From NCBI GenBank assembly GCA_965648905.1, contig CBFGIT010000007.1, forward strand, positions 1 to 64,000: a stretch of DNA of 64,000 bases, given 5' to 3'. The notes beneath the pieces were generated by a model. It was given only the letters and a program-made list of their open reading frames with translations, was not told where the DNA came from and did not search any database. Origin of the DNA: a candidate division WOR-3 bacterium (GTDB lineage Bacteria > Hydrothermota > Tepidihabitantia > Tepidihabitantales > Tepidihabitantaceae). Positions within the stretch are counted from its first letter, which is position 1, and the number at the start of each line of letters is the position of its first letter. A program made the translations under genes and the position numbers. This document shows positions 58,592-64,000 of this stretch, one piece after another.

Positions 58592-59746
58592 CTACGTGTT
58601 GAGGATGGTGAAGGCGAAGCTCAACCAGCCCAGCCCCTTGACCGCGCTGAGCAGGTATAGCGCCGAGCAGACCGCCAGCACGACGATGATGACCAGCTTG
58701 CCGTAGTCCTGTCCCACGAGCGAACCCAGGAGCAGCGGCTCGCGCGACAGGTAAGCCGAGGCAGCGTAGAGTTCCTCGCCAATCAAAGTGTAGTCGCACG
58801 CGGTAATGAAGAACGGCAACTGGTAGATGGCATCAGTTCCGGCAATCTGAATCGCCCCGGTGGTCGAGCCGGTTTCGGCAAGAATCAGCGACTCGGCCGC
58901 GAACCAGCCGAGCATGAAATTGGTCGCCGGCTTCTCCCGCACCATGATGCCATCGACCGCGGCCGCATAAGCGAACTGCTCCGAGGTGATGTAGTAGATG
59001 TTATCGGGCTTGAAGGTGTCGGGACGGCCGACCTTGGCGTGGGCCTCTTTCACCATCTCGCGGGCAATCGTGTAAACCACCGGGTCTGAATTAGGCACGA
59101 CCAGGGTCGTATCGTACTGGGCGGTCTTCTTGGCAATCTCGCCAAGGATGTTCATCGATGCGATGGTTGATATCTGGGCCGCGGAACCGATGCCGGGAAT
59201 GAAGACGATCGGCTTGCCCATTTCGGTCGCCCGGCCGACCGACTCCTCAACCGCGTCCAGACCGGCGATGCGGCGGACAAACAGGTTCCGCCCCTTACGC
59301 GCGTGACTGATGAAGTAGAGGATGATTGCGAAGAACACGACGATGGCCACAAAGATGTTGGCAAGACGCAGATCCAGCCACTGCGCCTTCGGACTCACCT
59401 CCGCGGTCGGCTCGCTCCAGGCGGTGTCTGCGCCCCGAACCGCGCCGACCCGATATCGATAGCGGTTGCCGCTCGCCACGTTCTCGTCGGTAAAGGCCCG
59501 CTCGTCCGGGCCAGCCGTGCCGGCCAGTTCCGGCGTGCCATCGGGTCCGGTGCGCTCAACAACAAAGGCTTCGACCGGCCCTGGGCCCGGTGCGCTCCAA
59601 ACAAGCTCGAGACTCTTGCCCTGGTCATTGGGCGTGTCAAACGCCCGCAGCGCGGTCGGCGCCGCAAGCGGCGGCCCGGGCGGCGACGAATCGGCTACCG
59701 GCGGAGCCTGGGCAACAAGCGACAAGACGATGAGCAGTGATATCAT
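58592..59746 (-). CDS. FN3 domain plus DUF6754 membrane protein
   Basis: Signal peptide, 'DTPND.G....L.W...Y.YRV.AV', TM, 'RRIAGLDA.EE.VGRATEMG.P', 'CDY.LIGEE.YAA.AYLS'. Confidence 0.85.
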   Translation of the reverse strand: MISLLIVLSLVAQAPPVADSSPPGPPLAAPTALRAFDTPNDQGKSLELVWSAPGPGPVEAFVVERTGPDGTPELAGTAGPDERAFTDENVASGNRYRYRVGAVRGADTAWSEPTAEVSPKAQWLDLRLANIFVAIVVFFAIILYFISHARKGRNLFVRRIAGLDAVEESVGRATEMGKPIVFIPGIGSAAQISTIASMNILGEIAKKTAQYDTTLVVPNSDPVVYTIAREMVKEAHAKVGRPDTFKPDNIYYITSEQFAYAAAVDGIMVREKPATNFMLGWFAAESLILAETGSTTGAIQIAGTDAIYQLPFFITACDYTLIGEELYAASAYLSREPLLLGSLVGQDYGKLVIIVVLAVCSALYLLSAVKGLGWLSFAFTILNT

Positions 59747-59749
59747 TGA

Positions 59750-60127
59750 CTAACTGCCTCCTTTGCTGGTGCTCTTTCCGGCATCAGCGGACGAGCGAAC
59801 CAGAGGTTCAGGGCATGAGCAGGGCGTTGAGCCGCACTTAGGACAGCCGCGGGCGTACTTCTCGGCCACACTGGCCAGGTCAATCCCTTCAAGGGAAGCC
59901 AGCGACGCAAGCCACGCGAACACGTCGGCGAACTCCTCTTCCAGATTTGCCCGATTGCCATTTCGCAGTGCCCGGGCCAGTTCGCCGGTTTCCTCGACCA
60001 GCCAGCGGAACGTGCCGTCGCGGCCGCGACCGCAGTCCTTGTCGAAGTAGATGGCGCGGATGAGCTGCTGAAAATCACGCACGGTCAAGGCTGAATCAGC
60101 ACGCGGCGGAAGTGGCTCTTTGGACAC
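59750..60127 (-). CDS. MazG-like NTP pyrophosphohydrolase with C-terminal Cys cluster
   Basis: 'WLVEE.GELA', 'EEFADV.AWL', 'KY..GCP.C...PC.C'. Confidence 0.88.
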   Translation of the reverse strand: MSKEPLPPRADSALTVRDFQQLIRAIYFDKDCGRGRDGTFRWLVEETGELARALRNGNRANLEEEFADVFAWLASLASLEGIDLASVAEKYARGCPKCGSTPCSCPEPLVRSSADAGKSTSKGGS

Positions 60128-60133
60128 GTGCTG

Positions 60134-60161
60134 AGTATCGCGAAAAAGCCCGGCCAGTCAA
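60134..60161 (-). promoter_or_regulatory. Promoter of the mazG-DUF6754 operon, probably leaderless
   Basis: TTGACT-N16-GATACT, 6 nt before GTG 60127. Confidence 0.6.
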
Positions 60162-60225
60162 GCACCGCCACTCGCTCCAGGGCCGTCGTAGACTCAACAG
60201 CCGAGCCCGCAACACGGCCGGACGC

Positions 60226-60260
60226 AAGTCAGGAGTCCGAAGGATAAGGTCAGAAGTCAA
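60226..60260. repeat. Heptamer tract
   Basis: AAGTCAG GAGTCCG AAGGATA AGGTCAG AAGTCAA. Confidence 0.45.
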
Positions 60261-60382
60261 AGGGGCGTTCTTCGTGCCCTGGTGGCCCAATCTCGGACTC
60301 ACTCACGCACGGATGGCGCATGTCGATTCCGTATGCTATACTGGGTATCCGCCGTGGAACGAATAACCACAGGAGTAACCAG

Positions 60383-63004
60383 ATGACCGGAAGATACCTG
60401 TCCGTGGTCGTGCTGCTCGTCGCCGCGGCCGTGGCTGCGCCCAAACTGGCGCTGCCGGCATCGGCGACCGGACCCATGACCATCAGCCTTGTCCAAGGCT
60501 ACCGATTCGACCCGCTTGAACGGCTGCCCGAACTCCCGCCACAACTTGCCGCCGACGGCTACGGTGGCGAGTACGGCTACTACATCGTCCAGTTCCCCGG
60601 GCCGATACGGCCGGAATGGAAGGCCGCCGCCGAGCGCGCCGGTGCCGACCTGCTTTGGTACCTGCCCAACTACGCCTTCATCGCCCGCATCGCCAACGCT
60701 CAGGCATCGGCCGTGGCCGAGCTGCCCGAGGTCCGCTGGCTGGGCCTGTACCAACCCGCCTACAAGCTGCTGCCCGGGCTCGACCAGGCCCGCGGCCGGC
60801 TCTCGCTCATCGTCGTCTTCTTCAAAGCCGAAGACCAGTACCGGCTGCTCGACCAGCTTGCCGATTTGGGTGCGCAGAACATCACGCCCGAGTTCAACCC
60901 GTGGAACAACTCGGTCAGGCTCGACATTGACGCGGGTCGCATCGCCGACATCGCCCGCCTGCCCGGCGTCTACTGGCTCGAAACCTGGGGCGAGATTACC
61001 CCGGACAACGCCAACGCGCAGTGGGTCGACATGCACGGCTATTCCGCCAGTGACACGTCCCGCACCATCTGGGCCCGGGGCGTAACCGGCTCGTCGGTCT
61101 ACGTCGGGCTCACCGACCAGCAGCTCTGGCACAGCCACGACCTGTTCCGCGACCCCTCGAACAACACGCCCAGCCCGACTCACCGCAAGGTCATCCACTA
61201 CTTCGGCACCCAGGGCTCGGCCAGCCACGGCACCCACACCTCGGGTACGCTGTGCGGCAACGACGGGCCGGTCGGCGGCACGTCCCTCCACGACGGTCTG
61301 GCCAAGGACTCGCGCCTGTACTTCCAGTACTACAGCGCCTTCCCCACCAACTGGGATATGAACGTCTGGTTTGCCGGTCCGGAATCGAGCGTTGCCGGTC
61401 TGCGTGCGTTCAACCACTCGATGTCTCTCTCTCGCAAGGATACCTACAATATCTACGTCTTCTCGGACATGACCGCGGACCAGTTCGTCTGGAACCATCG
61501 CCAGTTCCTGCACTGCAACTCGATGGGCAACCTGACCACGAACCAGATGGGCCACCCGGTCATCGCCAAGAACATCATCTCGACCGGCGGCACCCAAAAC
61601 GGCACGCTCTGCCGCAGCATCTACACTTCGACCTCGCGCGGCCCGACCGCGGACGGTCGGAGAAAGCCGCAACTGGTGTCCCCCGCGGACGGCGTCTACT
61701 CGGCGTCAAACACCAATGCCTCAGGCTACGTCTCGATGTCCGGCACCTCGATGGCCACGCCCAACATGACCGGTTCGATGGCGCTTATCCGAGACTACTT
61801 CAGGAAGGGCTTCTACCCCACCGGCGACACCCTGACCGGCACGCCGATGGAAATCTCCGCCGCGCTGAACAAGACGGTCGGGATTGTCGGCGCGGACAAC
61901 GATATCTCGGGTTACACCGTGCCCGACAACAACATCGGCTGGGGACGGGTCGACCTTGACTCATCGCTCTACTTCGCGGGCGACCAGTCGAAGCTCTGGG
62001 TGATGGACGACACGGTCGGGCTTGCGACCGGCGACTCCGCGGTCTTCACCCTGAACGTCACGGGCGACTCGCGGCCGTTCCGCGTCGCCCTGTGCTGGTC
62101 CGACTACCCGGGCACGATGCAGGCCGCGCTCATCCTCGTCAACGACCTGAACCTCACCGTCATATCGCCCACCGGCACCGAGTACAAGGGCAACGTCTGG
62201 TCCGGCGGCCAGTCCCAGGCCGGCGGTATCTACGACACCCTGAACGTCGAAGAGTGCTTCCGCCTGGACCGACCGGAACTCGGTGAGTGGAAGGTGAAGG
62301 TCAAGGCGCGCAATGTCCCGCAAGGCCCGCAGCCCTTTGCCCTTGCCGCCATCGGCATGTTCCAGACCGCACCGCCGCCCGCCCATGACGTCGGTGTCAC
62401 GGCCATACTGGTGCCCTCGGACACGAACTACATCGGCGACAGCCTCGAACCCAGGGCCATCATCCGCAACTTCGGTTCAAACAGCGAGACCTTCGACGTC
62501 TGGTTCTGGGTCGGCAACAGCTACTCCGACCGCCGTAACATAACGGTGTCGGCAGGCGAGGTTGACACGGTCGACTTTGCCGAGTGGTACGCGGATTCGC
62601 TCGGCGAGTTCGAGACCCGCTGCTCCACCGCGCTCGCGGGCGACGAGAACCCGGCCAATGACCAGCGTACCGGCACCGTGCTCGTCCTGCCCGGCACCGG
62701 CGTTGAGGAAGGGCTCAAGCGGCCGGGCGCGTTCGCTCTGCACAGACCGCTGCCCAACCCGTTCAGCCGGGCGACCGAGGCGAGCTACTCGCTTGCCCGG
62801 CCCGGTTTCGTCAGCCTGTCGGTCTATTCCGCGGCCGGTACGCTCGTGCGCCGACTGGTCCGCACTGCGGCTGATGCCGGCTCCTACTCAGCGACCTGGA
62901 ATGGCAGCGACTCAGACGGCCGCATGGTCAGCGCCGGGTTCTACATCCTGCGGCTTGAGGCCGGTTCCCGCGCCGCCACGCAGAAACTCGTGCTGCAGCG
63001 GTAG
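60383..63004 (+). CDS. Secreted S8 subtilisin-like serine protease with CARDB-like and FlgD-like C-terminal domains
   Basis: AGGAG and ATG; triad 'GLTD', 'HGTHTSG', 'SGTSMATP'; 'LVNDLNL'; C-terminal 'PNPF...WNG.D..GR.VSAG.Y.LRL'. Confidence 0.93.
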   Translation: MTGRYLSVVVLLVAAAVAAPKLALPASATGPMTISLVQGYRFDPLERLPELPPQLAADGYGGEYGYYIVQFPGPIRPEWKAAAERAGADLLWYLPNYAFIARIANAQASAVAELPEVRWLGLYQPAYKLLPGLDQARGRLSLIVVFFKAEDQYRLLDQLADLGAQNITPEFNPWNNSVRLDIDAGRIADIARLPGVYWLETWGEITPDNANAQWVDMHGYSASDTSRTIWARGVTGSSVYVGLTDQQLWHSHDLFRDPSNNTPSPTHRKVIHYFGTQGSASHGTHTSGTLCGNDGPVGGTSLHDGLAKDSRLYFQYYSAFPTNWDMNVWFAGPESSVAGLRAFNHSMSLSRKDTYNIYVFSDMTADQFVWNHRQFLHCNSMGNLTTNQMGHPVIAKNIISTGGTQNGTLCRSIYTSTSRGPTADGRRKPQLVSPADGVYSASNTNASGYVSMSGTSMATPNMTGSMALIRDYFRKGFYPTGDTLTGTPMEISAALNKTVGIVGADNDISGYTVPDNNIGWGRVDLDSSLYFAGDQSKLWVMDDTVGLATGDSAVFTLNVTGDSRPFRVALCWSDYPGTMQAALILVNDLNLTVISPTGTEYKGNVWSGGQSQAGGIYDTLNVEECFRLDRPELGEWKVKVKARNVPQGPQPFALAAIGMFQTAPPPAHDVGVTAILVPSDTNYIGDSLEPRAIIRNFGSNSETFDVWFWVGNSYSDRRNITVSAGEVDTVDFAEWYADSLGEFETRCSTALAGDENPANDQRTGTVLVLPGTGVEEGLKRPGAFALHRPLPNPFSRATEASYSLARPGFVSLSVYSAAGTLVRRLVRTAADAGSYSATWNGSDSDGRMVSAGFYILRLEAGSRAATQKLVLQR

Positions 63005-63025
63005 TCGAGCAAACCCGTTCATCGT

Positions 63026-63053
63026 GCAGGGGCGCGGGCAACCGCGCCCCTGC
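63026..63053 (+). terminator. Intrinsic terminator-like hairpin
   Basis: GCAGGGGCGCGG-GCAA-CCGCGCCCCTGC followed by CTTGT. Confidence 0.7.
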
Positions 63054-63419
63054 CTTGTCCTGCTCGCTCCCGCCGGCTCCAACTCAAGCCCTAGTTCCGA
63101 CATTGCGGTGTGAACTGGAGTGAAGAAGAGAGGCTGACTTGCTTCAGTCATCGGCGTCTAACGAGTACGCTAATACTTCACCCGTCAGGTGACATGAAAG
63201 GCAGCCAGGTACTTAGGCGCAGTGTAACCCAGGAACGGCTCGATTTCCAGATTGCGCCAATCTCCGATACTACCACCAGTCGGGCAGGTCTGGCCCTGTC
63301 TTCAGAGAGCCGCGCTGGCACTGGGTGTCCGCAGGAGCCATCTTGGCAGTCGATTCTCACTCTGCCTTCGGCCTTTGTCCGCACTCCTGCCTCCTTTCGT
63401 CTCTTCTGCACCTCTGCCA

Positions 63420-63468
63420 TTCTGCACTCTGCAATCTGTATTCTGCCTTCTGCATTCTACCTTCGTCC
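63420..63468. repeat. Heptamer tandem repeat (7 units)
   Basis: TTCTGCA CTCTGCA ATCTGTA TTCTGCC TTCTGCA TTCTACC TTCGTCC. Confidence 0.85.
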
Positions 63469-63508
63469 TACCATATGACCATCCCCTGGCTGGTAAGGGG
63501 GACGGTTC

Positions 63509-63760
63509 CCCTTTCGGAACCCCCTGCCCCGACCCCGGCCGAAACCCATTGGGCAGCCCCAGGCGAAGCGGTTACGCCTTCCCCTGCCCCAGTCCTTTCG
63601 GCAACCCCTGTGCCTGCCGCCGCCCCGGGGGGTTCGGCGGCCCGCGCCCAGGCCCGATGCGTTCGCGGGTCCCAGACCCGGACCCAGCCCGGTGCCGACC
63701 CCCCTGCCCATCCGCCCGCGCCTCCCCTTGCCCAAACCACCGCAGCACCCCTCAGCCCGG
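63509..63760. repeat. Degenerate 12-bp periodic array (21 units)
   Basis: 13 of 21 dodecamers start with CCC; CCCCTGCCC recurs in phase at 63521, 63581 and 63701. Confidence 0.8.
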
Positions 63761-63957
63761 CAGGGAAGACGACACCAGAGACCATCCAGACCACCCGGCT
63801 TGCCCGCAAGCATCTGATAACGGCCGATTCCGCAAGTGTGCCGCACTCCGAAACCCATCAGACGACGGTCTACTTAGTCAATTGGACTACCAACCGCGTG
63901 ATCCCATCAAGTCCGAGGCTCAATATCGGGATTGGGGCCAAGCCAAGAGACAGCGAT

Positions 63958-63986
63958 TTGACCTCGTGCCGCTTACAGGCTACAAT
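63958..63986 (+). promoter_or_regulatory. Promoter for a gene beyond the window
   Basis: TTGACC-N17-TACAAT. Confidence 0.65.
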
Positions 63987-64000
63987 TGCTCTTACGCCGG

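Noticed and set aside
63457..63858. Gly/Arg-rich minus-strand ORF (133 aa) resembling DUF5320
   Set aside because: Similarity is only compositional, the GDGTGP-type N-terminal motif is missing, and CCC-phased dodecamers explain it.
63475..64000. Pro/Ala-rich plus-strand frame open to the window end
   Set aside because: No RBS, stop-poor because of the repeat array, and it runs across a likely promoter at 63958-63986.

Overview
GC-rich bacterial chromosomal window, mostly housekeeping genes. The many secreted proteins with C-terminal T9SS/FlgD-like sorting domains, plus LptD, a TonB-dependent receptor, an archaeal-type FBP aldolase/phosphatase and a long GreA, suggest a diderm such as candidate division WOR-3 (inference only). 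Gene content: the S10-spc ribosomal protein block rpsJ..rplF, which stops at rplF and runs into tRNA-Glu; rpmB with a GDP-deoxyhexose/GT2 cluster; a pepP-efp-accC-comB operon with an atypical EF-P loop and a divergent AccC lacking accB; a DUF362-GNAT-tldD-tldE-GNAT operon; a lexA/small protein/Y-family polymerase cassette with a perfect palindrome over the lexA start; lgt-comF-GT4; two CsgG-like genes with moxR and yceD; greA-tsaC; a mazG-DUF6754-three membrane proteins-wzi operon of unknown function; an S8 protease; tRNA-Ala; and an internally deleted IS256 remnant. The most unusual signal is non-coding: five or six intergenic stretches of about 240-310 bp are highly degenerate 12-bp-periodic arrays, several next to 7-bp tandem tracts. 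Promoters mostly use a 16-bp spacer and many genes look leaderless. All calls come from reading the sequence by eye; no database searches were run.
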